From Myxococcota bacterium (GTDB lineage Bacteria > Myxococcota_A > UBA9160 > UBA4427): a stretch of 64,000 bases of DNA. Position numbers and translations under genes: made by a program. Under the pieces are notes generated by a model. That model did not search any database. It had not been told where the DNA came from and saw only the letters and a program-made list of their open reading frames with translations. The stretch is taken from positions 676 through 64,675 of the forward strand of contig JAYGCV010000023.1 of assembly GCA_046583195.1 (NCBI GenBank), given 5' to 3'. Positions 26,717-36,572 of this stretch are shown one piece after another; position 1 is the first letter of the stretch; the number at the start of each line of letters is the position of its first letter.

Positions 26717-28990
26717 TCAGCCGCCCTGGCGGAGCAGGTTGAGCGCCGACCCCGCACGGAACCAGGCAATCTGATCTTCGTTCAGCGTGTGCGTGACCTG
26801 CACGCGATCTTCGCTCCCGTCTTCGTGGTGGAACCAGACTTCGATCGGTACGCCGGGCTCGAGGGAGGAGAGACCCAGAACGCTCACCCGGTCGGCCTCC
26901 TGCACCTTTTCGTAGTCGTCGGGGTTCGCAAATTCGAGCGGGAGAACTCCCTGCTTCTTGAGATTGGTCTGGTGGATGCGCGCGAAACTGCGAACGATCA
27001 CCGCGGCGCAACCGAGATGCCTCGGCTCCATGGCGGCGTGTTCCCGGCTGCTGCCCTCGCCATAATTCTCGTCGCCTACCACCACGAAGCGGAGCCCTTC
27101 GGCCTTGAGATGACGCGCCACCTTCGAGAAGGCCACGGCCTTCTCGCCCGAAAGCGGATCACTGCCGGTCCCGGCGTCACCGGTGAAGGCGTTGATCGCG
27201 CCCGAAAAAACGTTGTCGCTGATGTTGTCGAGGTGCCCGCGAAAGCGCAGCCAGGGATCCGCCGGCGAGATATGGTCCGTCGTGCACTTCCCCCTGGCCT
27301 TGAGCAGGAGCGGCAGGCGTTCGAAATCCTCGCCGTCAAAGGCCGCAAAGGGCTCGAGCAACTGAAGGCGCTTGCTGTCGGGACGCACTTCGACGCTCAC
27401 ACCGCTGCGACTCTCGGGCGGCTCTTCGTAGCCCTCGCGCGAAAAGACGAAGCCGTTTTCGGGGATCTCGGGGGCCGGCTGGGGCGGCTCGAGCCGGAAC
27501 TCGCCGCCGCCCTCGCACGGGATCGGTTCGGCGAGGGGGTTCCGATCGAGGCGGCCCGCCAGCGCGAAGGCCACCACTACCTCGGGGCTCCCGATGAAGG
27601 CGAGCGTCTCGGGGTTGCCGTCGTTTCGCTTCGGGAAGTTCCGGTTGTAGGAGCTGATGATCGAATTGGGCACACCGACCTCGACGTCATCGCGCCGCCA
27701 TTGTCCGATACACGGGCCACAGGCGTTCGCCAGCACCAGCGCCCCGATCGCCTCGAGGTCGCTCATCTGTCCGTCGCGCTGGATCGTCTTGTGGATCTGC
27801 TCGGACCCCGGCGTGCAGAAGAGCTTCGTGCGTGCCCGGACTCCCGCCGCCACGGCCTGCCGCGCCACGTCGGCGGCTCTCGACATGTCCTCGTAGGAGG
27901 AGTTGGTGCAGCTTCCGATCAGCGCCGACGAAAGCTCGGGCGGGTAGCCTTCCTTCGCGACCGCGGCGGCCATCTTCGAGACCGGACGTGCCAGGTCCGG
28001 TGTGTGCGGACCCACGACATAGGGCTCGAGCTTCGACAGGTCGATTTCGACGATCTCGTCGAAGAAACTCCCGGGGTCCGCCTCGACCTCGGGATCGGGC
28101 CGCAGCAGGTCGCTCTTCGCGCGAGCCAGCTCCGCCAGATCGGAACGCTCTGTGGCCTCGAGGTAGAGCGCCATGCGCTCGTCGAAGGGAAAGAGCGAGG
28201 TGGTGGCGCCCAACTCCGCGCCCATGTTGGTGATGGTGGCCTTGCCGGTACAGCTGATCGCTTCGATGCCCGGGCCGAAGTACTCAACGACGCGATTCGT
28301 TCCGCCCTTTACCGTGAGCATCTCGCACACCTTCAGGATCACGTCCTTCGGTGCGGTCCAGCCGCTGAGTGCGCCGAAAAGATGTACCCCGACGAGCTTC
28401 GGGTAGAGAACCTCCCAGGGGTAATCGGCCATCACATCGACCGCGTCGGCCCCGCCAACTCCGCAGGCGAACATCGCCAGACCACCGGCGTTGGGGGTAT
28501 GCGAATCGGTCCCGATCATCATTCCACCCGGAAAGGCGTACTTCTCGAGCACGACCTGATGGATGATCCCTGCGCCAGGTCCCCAGAACCCGATCCCGTA
28601 ACGCGCCGAACAACTCCGGAGGAAATCGTAGACCTCGTCGTTGGTGGCGCGCGCCTCCTGCATGTCGTCACCCGCGCCCCGGTAGGCCTGGATCAGGTGG
28701 TCACAGTGCACCGTCGTCGGGACCGCCGTGTCTTCGCGCCCAGCCTGCATGAACTGCAACAACGCCATCTGCGCCGTCGCATCCTGCATGGCGATCCGGT
28801 CCGGCCTCAGCTGCAGGTAGCTCTCTCCGGGCGTGAGTTCCTGCGCGGCAGGGTCCGCAAGGTGCCCCAGCAGGACCTTCTCGGCGAAGGTGAGCGGTCG
28901 GCCCAGGCGCTCGCGCACGACGGCAAGCCGCTCTTCGATCTTCTGGTAGGCGCCGCGAACGAAGTCCGGCGACGTTTCGATTTCGGACAT
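26717..28990 (-). CDS. acnA: Aconitate hydratase (monomeric, ~750 aa type)
   Basis: VHCDHLIQA, IGTDSHTPNAGGL, NACGPCIGQW, GSCTNSSYEDM, and swivel domain VGDENYGEGSSREHAA. Confidence 0.9.
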   Translation of the reverse strand: MSEIETSPDFVRGAYQKIEERLAVVRERLGRPLTFAEKVLLGHLADPAAQELTPGESYLQLRPDRIAMQDATAQMALLQFMQAGREDTAVPTTVHCDHLIQAYRGAGDDMQEARATNDEVYDFLRSCSARYGIGFWGPGAGIIHQVVLEKYAFPGGMMIGTDSHTPNAGGLAMFACGVGGADAVDVMADYPWEVLYPKLVGVHLFGALSGWTAPKDVILKVCEMLTVKGGTNRVVEYFGPGIEAISCTGKATITNMGAELGATTSLFPFDERMALYLEATERSDLAELARAKSDLLRPDPEVEADPGSFFDEIVEIDLSKLEPYVVGPHTPDLARPVSKMAAAVAKEGYPPELSSALIGSCTNSSYEDMSRAADVARQAVAAGVRARTKLFCTPGSEQIHKTIQRDGQMSDLEAIGALVLANACGPCIGQWRRDDVEVGVPNSIISSYNRNFPKRNDGNPETLAFIGSPEVVVAFALAGRLDRNPLAEPIPCEGGGEFRLEPPQPAPEIPENGFVFSREGYEEPPESRSGVSVEVRPDSKRLQLLEPFAAFDGEDFERLPLLLKARGKCTTDHISPADPWLRFRGHLDNISDNVFSGAINAFTGDAGTGSDPLSGEKAVAFSKVARHLKAEGLRFVVVGDENYGEGSSREHAAMEPRHLGCAAVIVRSFARIHQTNLKKQGVLPLEFANPDDYEKVQEADRVSVLGLSSLEPGVPIEVWFHHEDGSEDRVQVTHTLNEDQIAWFRAGSALNLLRQGG

Positions 28991-29034
28991 GGGAGAGAGC
29001 CTCCTCGAAGGTCGTGCGGGGTGGAGGCCTTTGC

Positions 29035-30441
29035 CTAACCGCGCGAAAGGGTGGCAGCGAGTTCCGCGAAGAGGTGCGCCGTTGCATGGATCGACTTGCG
29101 GAAGTCGCCGAGATGAAGGCTCTCGTTCTCGCCGTGGGCGTTACAGACCGGATCCTCGAGTCCCAAGAGTAGCGCAGGGACGCCACCGAGGGCTTCGGCA
29201 AAGGGGCCCACGAAGGGAATCGAACCGCCGCACCCGATGTGGATCGGCGCGCGTTCGTAGCCCGCTGCCAGCGCCCGGTGCGCGGCATCGAAGGCGGGCC
29301 CGCGGGCATCGGTCTGCCAGCCACCCGAGGCCGCCTTTACCTCACACCGCACCTCTACACCGAAGGGCGGATCGGTTTGCAACGCTTCGAGCAGATGGTC
29401 CCGGGCCCTTTCTGCGTCCTGGCCCGGAGCGAGGCGGAGGCCCACGCGGGCGCTCGCCCGGTCGATCAGTTGGTTGGCGGCGCCCGCAAGGGGCATCGCC
29501 TCCAGCGCATTGATGGCGATCGCGGGCCGCAGCCAGAGACGCTCGTAGACCGATTGCGACGCGCGCCCGAGCAGGCGCGCGCTTGCAGGGAGGCCCGCGT
29601 CGCGGCGAAAGGCCTCGGCGTCAAAGGGGAGAGCCGCCAGCCGGTCGCGGGTTTCCGGGCTCGGTTCGGGAACGTCGTCCTCGAGACCCTCGACCGCCGG
29701 GCTGCCCTCCGCGTCGACGAGACGACCGAGCAGGGCGGTGAGCGCCGTGGCCGCGTCGGGAACTGCGCCGCCCCACATTCCGCTATGTAGCGGGTGATCG
29801 AGCGCGCGTACGTGCACGTCGACCACCACGAGTCCGCGCAGGCTCGTCGTGAGCGACGGCGTGCCGGTTTCGAGGTTGGCCGTATCCGAAAGTACGATGA
29901 CGTCGGCGTCGAGGCGTTCGCGGTAGCGCAGAAGAAAATCGCGGAGATGGGACGAGCCGATCTCCTCCTCGCCCTCGACGACGATCTTCAGGTCGACCGG
30001 GAGCCGCCCCTCGGTCTCGAGCCAGGCCGTGATCGCGGCGATGTGCGCGACGATGCCCGCCTTGTCGTCCACCACGCCGCGGCCGTAGAGACGACCATCT
30101 GCGCCGCGCATCGGCTCGAAGGGCGGCGAGCGCCACTGATCCAGGCGGCCCGGCGGCTGCACGTCGTGGTGCGAGTAGAGCAACACGCGCGGCGCGTCTT
30201 CGCTGGCGCCCGCCCACTGCGCCACCACGTAGGGGTGGGCGTCACCGGGGCGCAGCACCTCGACTCCAGTGAGGCCCGTCGCCTCGAGCAACTGCGCAAC
30301 GGCGTCGGCCGATCGCACGACCTCGGCGGGATCGAAGCCCGACGCCGAAACACTGGGAATCCGCGCCAGCGTCTCGAGCTGTGCGACGCTGTTTTCGAAA
30401 TTCGCATCCACTGCGCGCGTGACGGCATCGGGGGCGGGCAT
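29035..30441 (-). CDS. M20-family metallopeptidase (dipeptidase-like)
   Basis: LLYSHHDVQP, GRGVVDDKAG, VEGEEEIGS, and C-terminal GGSIPF...NAHGENE. Confidence 0.85.
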   Translation of the reverse strand: MPAPDAVTRAVDANFENSVAQLETLARIPSVSASGFDPAEVVRSADAVAQLLEATGLTGVEVLRPGDAHPYVVAQWAGASEDAPRVLLYSHHDVQPPGRLDQWRSPPFEPMRGADGRLYGRGVVDDKAGIVAHIAAITAWLETEGRLPVDLKIVVEGEEEIGSSHLRDFLLRYRERLDADVIVLSDTANLETGTPSLTTSLRGLVVVDVHVRALDHPLHSGMWGGAVPDAATALTALLGRLVDAEGSPAVEGLEDDVPEPSPETRDRLAALPFDAEAFRRDAGLPASARLLGRASQSVYERLWLRPAIAINALEAMPLAGAANQLIDRASARVGLRLAPGQDAERARDHLLEALQTDPPFGVEVRCEVKAASGGWQTDARGPAFDAAHRALAAGYERAPIHIGCGGSIPFVGPFAEALGGVPALLLGLEDPVCNAHGENESLHLGDFRKSIHATAHLFAELAATLSRG

Positions 30442-30491
30442 GCGAAATCAAAACTAGCACGCGGCTCAGGATCGGCGTTAGCATCCACGTC

Positions 30492-31361
30492 ATGCAGCCG
30501 CGATCGCGTCGCGCGAGTGGGTCCGACGACATCGATCTCCATGTGCTCGAATGGAGTTCGGATGGTGTCCCGATGTTGCTGGTGCACGGTTTCGGAAACG
30601 ACGCCCACATCTGGGACGATTTCGCACCCGAGGTCGCGCCCTACTACCGCGTCTTTGCGATGGATCAGCGCGGCCACGGCGACTCGGCCTGGCCGCTTCA
30701 CGGCGAATACGAGTACGAGCACCTCGCGGCGGACATCGAAGGCGTCTGCCATTCGCTCGGCTTCGAGCGACTGGTGCTCGTTGGGCACTCACTCGGCGGG
30801 CGCGCGGCGATGCTCTTCGGCGGCGAACACCCCGAGCGACTCGCCGGTCTGGTGATCGTCGATTCGGCCCCGGAGATCGACGCGCGCGGCAGCACCCGGA
30901 TCCAGATGGAAGTCGGCGAACACCGGGACCCCTCCTTTGGCAGCGTCACCGAGTACGAACAACTCCTCGTCCACAACTACCCGGCAGCAAGGCCGGCGGC
31001 GATTGCGCGCATGGCACGGAGCAACCTGAAACAGCGCGAGGACGGGCGTTACATCCTGAAGATGGACCCGGCCCTGCGCGGGGCGGTGGGGGGGATGCCC
31101 TCGGCGGTGGAACGCGCGGCGCGCGAAGAACGCAACAGCGCGGCCCTGTGGGAAGCCCTCGGCAAAATCCCATGCCCCACACTCGTGGTGCGCGGAGCGG
31201 CTTCGGACATCCTCGGAGCCGAAGTAGCCGACCGCATGGCGGACGACGTGCTCGCAAAGGGCCAACTCGCCGTGATCCCCCAAGCGGGCCACTCGGTGAT
31301 GACCGACAACCCCGAAGGCTTTCGCGATGCCGTCCTCGACTTCGCCGTAGGAGATCGCTAG
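30492..31361 (+). CDS. Alpha/beta-fold hydrolase
   Basis: MLLVHGFGNDAHIW, nucleophile elbow LVGHSLGG, C-terminal GHSVMTDNPEGF. Confidence 0.8.
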   Translation: MQPRSRRASGSDDIDLHVLEWSSDGVPMLLVHGFGNDAHIWDDFAPEVAPYYRVFAMDQRGHGDSAWPLHGEYEYEHLAADIEGVCHSLGFERLVLVGHSLGGRAAMLFGGEHPERLAGLVIVDSAPEIDARGSTRIQMEVGEHRDPSFGSVTEYEQLLVHNYPAARPAAIARMARSNLKQREDGRYILKMDPALRGAVGGMPSAVERAAREERNSAALWEALGKIPCPTLVVRGAASDILGAEVADRMADDVLAKGQLAVIPQAGHSVMTDNPEGFRDAVLDFAVGDR

Positions 31362-31499
31362 CCCCCCGTGGGGCTCTGTAAAGCAGGAGCCGCACCGGCT
31401 TTCGCTAGCATCGCGCTGACCAGTTCGTCGCCTTTCGCTGTCCCCTCGCGCGACGCCTCCCTCAACCGCCGTCACTTTCGAAGGCCCGAGGAGCCCGTC

Positions 31500-32132
31500 G
31501 TGCGCGCATCGACGATTCCCACCTGCATTGTCGCGATCGCGATCGGCCTGCAGGCCGCTTCGGTCGTCGCGCAGACCACCGCTGCGAAGCCACATCCGGC
31601 GATCCCGGTGGTCGAGGCACTGCACGCTTCGATGCTCGACACCATGAAGAATTCGGAGACGCTGGGCTATTCGGGGCGCTTCGAAAAGCTCGGCACAGCC
31701 CTGGGGCGCTCCTTCGATCTCGCCTTCATGGCGCAGAAGGCAATCGGGCGAAACTGGAAAAAATTCACACCCGCCGAACGGACGCACTGGCTCGCGAGCT
31801 TCGAGCGCCTGACCGCCGCGAACTACGCCGGCCGCTTCACCGGATTTTCCGGGCAGTCCTTCGAGACCAATGGCGTGGAGCCGTCCTCCCACGACACTCT
31901 CATCGTCCGCACACAGCTCCACAACCCCGAGGAGGACGAGATCATCGCCCTCAACTACAGGCTGCGAGAAACACCCGCCGGCTGGCGCATCATCGACGTC
32001 TACCTGAACGGAACGGTCAGCGAACTCGCCCTGCGCCGCGCGGAATACTCCTCGCTGATCAAGCGGGACGGCTTCCAGAGCCTCGTCGAAAGCGTCGACC
32101 GTCGCGTCGCCGAGCTCTCAGCGGTCCACTAG
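31500..32132 (+). CDS. MlaC/Ttg2D-like lipid-binding periplasmic protein
   Basis: The GTG at 31500 (GAGGAG 5 nt upstream) gives a signal peptide, VRASTIPTCIVAIAIGLQAASVVAQ. FDLAFMAQKAIGRNWKKFTPAER...FERLTAANYAGRF...YRLRETPAGWRIIDVYLNGTVSEL matches the toluene-tolerance Ttg2D/MlaC pattern. Confidence 0.7.
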   Translation: MRASTIPTCIVAIAIGLQAASVVAQTTAAKPHPAIPVVEALHASMLDTMKNSETLGYSGRFEKLGTALGRSFDLAFMAQKAIGRNWKKFTPAERTHWLASFERLTAANYAGRFTGFSGQSFETNGVEPSSHDTLIVRTQLHNPEEDEIIALNYRLRETPAGWRIIDVYLNGTVSELALRRAEYSSLIKRDGFQSLVESVDRRVAELSAVH

Positions 32133-32182
32133 CCCACCGCGACTTCGTCCGCACGGTGCAGCGAGCATCCCGACCTGAACCT

Positions 32183-32986
32183 TCAGGGACCGAAGTCGCT
32201 CCCCGCGCGGCGACCTTCTCGCCGATCCCAGACCTCGGATTCGCGGTTCTGCCACCAAGCACTGCGAAGCGTCGAGTAGTAGTCGAGGGAAGATTCCTCG
32301 AGCGCCTTCACCTTCTCGAAGTGCTCGTCGCGCAAGGCGAGACCCATCCCGCCGCCGTAGTAGATCAAGGCGAAGGGCCCAATGATGTAGGTGGCCGGGT
32401 TCATGCCGAGATCGACGGCTGTCCCGAAGCCATCGCGCACCGTGGTCGGCCCGAAGAGCGGAACCATCACGAAGGGACCGCTGGGCACCTCGGCCAGCGC
32501 CAGCGTCTGGCCGAAATCCGAAGTGTGGCGCTCGAAACCGATATCCTTCGCCACATCGAAGAGGCCACCGAGCCCGACGGTCGAGTTCAGGATCAGCCGC
32601 GTCAGCGTGATGCTTGCATCCTCCCATTCGAGTTGGAGCACGTCGTTTGCGAAGACCGACGCCGCACCGAGATTCGACATGAGGTTGCGGAAGCCCTTGC
32701 GCACCGGCCTCGGCACGACCCGTCGGTAGCCTCGGGTGATGGGATCGAAGACGTAGCGGTCCACCTGCTGGTTCATCCCCAGCACGCGTCGGTTGGTCTC
32801 CTCGAGGGGGTCGGAAACTTCGAGCGCGGCCTGGTCGTCCCAGTCTTCGTCAAACAGCGGATCCGGCACCCGGCTGGCCGGGCCGTCGGTCTCGAAACCG
32901 TGGGCGATTCGAGGCGCCAGCCCGCCGTCGGCCAGGGCCAAAGCCAGCAGAGCCGCTAGCAATAGCTTTCGCGGGGGGCGCTGCAT
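32183..32986 (-). CDS. mlaA: MlaA/VacJ-family outer-membrane lipoprotein
   Basis: DPLEETNRRVLGMNQQVDRYVFDPITRGYRRVVP...R.GFRN...NL......ND.LQ is the VacJ signature. Start trimmed to the ATG at 32986 (MQRPPRKLLLAALLALALA). Confidence 0.8.
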   Translation of the reverse strand: MQRPPRKLLLAALLALALADGGLAPRIAHGFETDGPASRVPDPLFDEDWDDQAALEVSDPLEETNRRVLGMNQQVDRYVFDPITRGYRRVVPRPVRKGFRNLMSNLGAASVFANDVLQLEWEDASITLTRLILNSTVGLGGLFDVAKDIGFERHTSDFGQTLALAEVPSGPFVMVPLFGPTTVRDGFGTAVDLGMNPATYIIGPFALIYYGGGMGLALRDEHFEKVKALEESSLDYYSTLRSAWWQNRESEVWDRREGRRAGSDFGP

Positions 32987-33292
32987 CGGTGGGTCAGATC
33001 CTCCGGATAAACCGCGAGCGAGTCTACCGATGCGCGCTCGGCCCGGCCAAGTCTGCAAAGAGAATGCTCTCGGCGAAATAAAGGCCGTTTCAGAACAAAA
33101 TTGTCCCCGAGGGTGCAGAAGACCGGCAGCTTCTTCCGGGCGGCGGGCGGCTGTAGTAAATTGGGGCGCCCCGTTCGTCGCGGGTCACTCATCCCCCCGG
33201 ACCCCCCTCTCGGAAAACCGAGACAAGCGTGATGGCAGCCACGCGTTCGCTGCCGCAGCCAGGGAGAAAGAGTCCGGATCCGTCGCAGCCCG

Positions 33293-34507
33293 ATGCGGCG
33301 CGGGCTTCCCTCTGAAGGAGATTCGTTGGACGTTTTCCAGAAATGCACTGATTTCACGCTCTCGCGCGAACTGCGACGGGAGAATCTCTACGCCTACTAC
33401 CGTCCGATCGAATCGGCGCAGAGCCCCGTAGTGACCCTCGCCGGCCAGAAGGTCGTGATGCTCGGCTCAAACAACTACCTGGGCCTCACCGATCACCCCG
33501 AAGTCAAGCAGGCCGCCGCCCGGGCGCTCGAGCACTACGGGACCGGCTGCGCGGGGTCGCGCCTGCTGAACGGCACTCTCGACATCCATGTCGAACTCGA
33601 AGAACGCCTCGCTGCCTTCATGCAGACCGAGGCCGTGCTTTCGTTCTCGACCGGCTACCAGGTCAACCTCGGTGTCCTCTCCTGCCTGCTCGGACGGCAC
33701 GACATCGCCTTCCTCGACAGCCTCGATCACGCCTGCATCATCGACGGGGCCCGCCTCGGCTTCGGAAAGACGCTGAAGTACCGCCACAACGACCTTGTGG
33801 ATCTCGAGGGGAAGCTGGAACGCGCTCCTAGCGAAAACGGGAAAATGATCGTCGTGGATGGCGTGTTCTCGATGGAGGGCGACATTGCCGACCTCCCCGG
33901 GCTCGTGACCCTCAAAAAAAGTTACGACGCGCGGCTGATGGTCGACGATGCCCACGGGATCGGCGTACTCGGCGCCAACGGTCGAGGCACCGCAGAACAT
34001 TTCGGTGTCGAACACGATGTCGATCTGGTGATGGGGACCTTCTCGAAATCGCTTGCGGCGATTGGCGGCTACATCGCCGGCGACGAAGCGGTGATCGACT
34101 TCATCCGTCACCACGCCCGCAGCCAGATCTTCTCTGCGGCGCCGCCTCCGGCGAGCGTGGGCGCCGCGATGAAGGCCCTCGAGATCGTCCAGAGGGAGCC
34201 CGAACGCCGCAAACGGCTGTGGGAAAACACGGCCTACATGAAGCGCGAGCTGGATGCTCTCGGCTACGACACCGGCGACTCCGATTCTCCGGTGATCCCG
34301 CTGGTAGTCGGCGAGGACGTCACGGCCTTCCGCATGGCCATCCGCCTCCAGGAACTCGGCGTGTTCGTGAACCCCGTGATCACGCCGGCGGTTCCCAAAG
34401 GTCGCGCGATGATCCGGACCTCGTACATGGCCACGCACACACGCGAGCACCTCGACCGCGCACTCGACGCCCTCTCGAAGGCCGGCACCGAACTCGGCGT
34501 TCTCTAG
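33293..34507 (+). CDS. Alpha-oxoamine synthase, serine-palmitoyltransferase-like (PLP-dependent)
   Basis: MLGSNNYLGLTDHPEV, GTGCAGSRLLNGTLDIHVELEERLAAF (SPT-type GSR.LNGT rather than the BioF GSGHVSG), PLP lysine motif GTFSKSLAAIGGY. A TTG at 33326 is an alternative start. Confidence 0.85.
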   Translation: MRRGLPSEGDSLDVFQKCTDFTLSRELRRENLYAYYRPIESAQSPVVTLAGQKVVMLGSNNYLGLTDHPEVKQAAARALEHYGTGCAGSRLLNGTLDIHVELEERLAAFMQTEAVLSFSTGYQVNLGVLSCLLGRHDIAFLDSLDHACIIDGARLGFGKTLKYRHNDLVDLEGKLERAPSENGKMIVVDGVFSMEGDIADLPGLVTLKKSYDARLMVDDAHGIGVLGANGRGTAEHFGVEHDVDLVMGTFSKSLAAIGGYIAGDEAVIDFIRHHARSQIFSAAPPPASVGAAMKALEIVQREPERRKRLWENTAYMKRELDALGYDTGDSDSPVIPLVVGEDVTAFRMAIRLQELGVFVNPVITPAVPKGRAMIRTSYMATHTREHLDRALDALSKAGTELGVL

Positions 34508-34508
34508 G

Positions 34509-34775
34509 GTGCGTGTCGGGTTCGCGATCCTCGCGCTGCTGCTCGCGGCGAGTTGCCATTCCTCCTCTCCCACCCGCAACACCGCCGAGCGGACCCGCGA
34601 GCTGATCTGCCGGGAGGGTGCGAAGCGCTCCTGTGCGGCGCTGTCCGCGGAGGACAGCGATTCCTACGCCCTCCACCAATGCATCGCGAAGCGGGCCTGG
34701 GACTGCATCATGGACCAGACGCCCGCAGACATGCAGGAGCGTTACGCCCCGGAACCCGTTCCCGGGCCTTCCTGA
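34509..34775 (+). CDS. Small Cys-rich lipoprotein
   Basis: The GTG lies 1 nt after the SPT-like stop. Lipobox ILALLLAASC; 5 further Cys; high third-position GC in my codon read. Confidence 0.5.
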   Translation: MRVGFAILALLLAASCHSSSPTRNTAERTRELICREGAKRSCAALSAEDSDSYALHQCIAKRAWDCIMDQTPADMQERYAPEPVPGPS

Positions 34776-35665
34776 GCCCGATCCAGCGCCAGTTGATGGC
34801 GGCCCACGAGGTCGGTAACGAACTGCCGGGCCGTGCGCCCAGACCGGCTCGCGCGCCGCAGCGCCCAGGCGAGAGCCTCCTCCCGCACAGCGTCCGGGGC
34901 GAGATCCACTTCCGCCCGCTCGAGATAGTGCTGAACGATCGCGAGGTAGGTCGCCTGGTCAAAACCGTGGAAGCCGAGCACCAGACCGAAGCGATCGGAG
35001 AGAGCGAGTTTCTCCTCGCTGGCTTCGCCGAGGTGCAACTCGCCGGCTTCATCGATCCGTGCCTCGCGGTTCTCCTCCATGCTCTCGGGAAGCAGGTGGC
35101 GTCTATTGCTGGTGGCCAGCAGGCAGACATTCGACGGCGGGGCTTCCAGCCGACCGTCGATGGCCGCCTTGACCTCCCGGAATCCGCTTTCGCCCGCGCC
35201 AAAAGAAAGATCGTCACAGAAGACGATAAAGCGCTGCTCGCGGGCCCTTGCCAGGGCGGCGAGCACCCGGGGGAGTTCCGCAAGGTCTTCCTTCAGGATC
35301 TCGACGACTCGAAGCCCCCGATCCCCGTAGCGCGTGAGCAATCCCCGCAGCGCCGACGACTTCCCGGTTCCGCGTTCTCCGTAGAGCAGCACATGGTTGT
35401 AGGGATGACCGGCCAGGAACTGTTCGGTGTTGGCAACCAGCGGGGCGATGGCCTCGTCCACCCCTAGTAGATCGTCGAGTTCAAAGGGGGCGGGGTTCTC
35501 GATGGCTTCGAAGCGCCCGGGCCCACGTTGCCGATCCCATCGAAAGGCGAGCGCGCGATCAAAAAAACCCGGCTCCGGCGCGGCGCCCACGAGCCCGCGC
35601 AGCAGATCCTCGAACATCGGCAACAGGCGTTCGACGCGCTCCAGTATCCGGTTTCGGGTTTCCAT
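34742..35665 (-). CDS. DUF815-type AAA ATPase
   Basis: LDDLLGVDEAIAPLVANTEQFLAGHPYNHVLLYGERGTGKSS (Walker A), FIVFCDDLSF (Walker B). Start trimmed to the ATG at 35665. Confidence 0.8.
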   Translation of the reverse strand: METRNRILERVERLLPMFEDLLRGLVGAAPEPGFFDRALAFRWDRQRGPGRFEAIENPAPFELDDLLGVDEAIAPLVANTEQFLAGHPYNHVLLYGERGTGKSSALRGLLTRYGDRGLRVVEILKEDLAELPRVLAALARAREQRFIVFCDDLSFGAGESGFREVKAAIDGRLEAPPSNVCLLATSNRRHLLPESMEENREARIDEAGELHLGEASEEKLALSDRFGLVLGFHGFDQATYLAIVQHYLERAEVDLAPDAVREEALAWALRRASRSGRTARQFVTDLVGRHQLALDRAQEGPGTGSGA

Positions 35666-35691
35666 ACGAGCCGAGTGTAGACTCTCGCCGG

Positions 35692-35898
35692 ATGGGCATC
35701 GAGAAGGACGTTTGCGGCGCGCAGGCTTCTCCGAGAAGAGGGGTGGGGCTCTGCGCCGGTTGTCGCTTCGCAAGCGTGAAGGAGAGTGCTCGCGGCAGCG
35801 CTTTCTGGCGCTGCGAACGCGCCGACGCGGATCCGGCCTTCCCGCGCTACCCGAGCCTTCCGGTCACGCATTGTGCCGGGTTCGCTTCGAAGGACTAG
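35692..35898 (+). CDS. Small conserved-looking Cys4 protein
   Basis: CAGCRF...GSAFWRCERADADPAFPRYPSLPVTHCAGF. The pattern CxxC...C...D..FP.YP..PV..C recurs in a family of short bacterial proteins (from memory). Confidence 0.5.
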   Translation: MGIEKDVCGAQASPRRGVGLCAGCRFASVKESARGSAFWRCERADADPAFPRYPSLPVTHCAGFASKD

Positions 35899-36572
35899 GC
35901 GCTGCGCTCCGGAAGCGGATGACCAATCGTTTCCAGGAAGATTTCGAGGAAGCGGTGGGTGAGCCCCCACACGATGTGACGCTCGGGATCACCGACCCGC
36001 AGCCCGGGGAAATCCGTCGACGCCATCGCCGGGTGGCGATAGACGACCTGGCGTTCGGGCTCGAGGAGCGATGCCACCGGAAACCAGAAGACGTCGGCGA
36101 CCTCCGCATTCGGCACCAGCTCCTGGGGCTCGGTCGCCGCGTATACATGCGCGGAGACAACGAGACCGCCCGAAGGACTGGTCGGTCGTCCGCGCAGGTC
36201 GTCGATCTGGCCAAGCCGCTCGGCGACAGAGAGGTCGAGTCCCACTTCTTCGGCGGTCTCGCGCTCCGCGGTCTCGCGCTCATCGCGATCCGACGCATCG
36301 AAGCGACCGCCCGGGAAGGCCATCTGCCCGGACCAGGGGTCTCCCTTTTGCTGTGCGCGCTCGATGAACAGGATCGAGGGCGCTGCTTCGGGGCCGCGCA
36401 GAAGAATGGCCACCGCGGCCCGGGCCATCCCCTCGCGCGAAACTACCCGCGGTGAGTGTGCGGCCAACCGCGAGCGGATCTCGTCGAGCCTCGGCACGAG
36501 AGGGAGGCTAGCGGACACCCGGGGCGTGGGTCCTACGCGAACCGCTTGTTCTGCTAGGGTTTGCCACCGCAT
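35895..36572 (-). CDS. NUDIX hydrolase, CoA-pyrophosphatase-like
   Basis: AAVAILL...ILFIERAQQKGDPWSGQMAFPGGRFD....E.A.RET.EEVGL (Nudix box). Start uncertain; the first ATG (36572) shares CATG with the divergent gene, and downstream GTG starts are possible. Confidence 0.75.
   Translation of the reverse strand: MRWQTLAEQAVRVGPTPRVSASLPLVPRLDEIRSRLAAHSPRVVSREGMARAAVAILLRGPEAAPSILFIERAQQKGDPWSGQMAFPGGRFDASDRDERETAERETAEEVGLDLSVAERLGQIDDLRGRPTSPSGGLVVSAHVYAATEPQELVPNAEVADVFWFPVASLLEPERQVVYRHPAMASTDFPGLRVGDPERHIVWGLTHRFLEIFLETIGHPLPERSA

Noticed and set aside
26789-29038. 749-aa plus-strand ORF
   Set aside because: It is antisense to aconitase along its full length and has no recognisable domains.
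30789-31922. 377-aa minus ORF; likewise 49496..50656, 61080..62123 and 61940..63067
   Set aside because: All are shadow frames over well-supported plus-strand genes (hydrolase/MlaC-like, LuxE/LuxC-like, UPF0104) or over the CDP-alcohol transferase. None has motifs.
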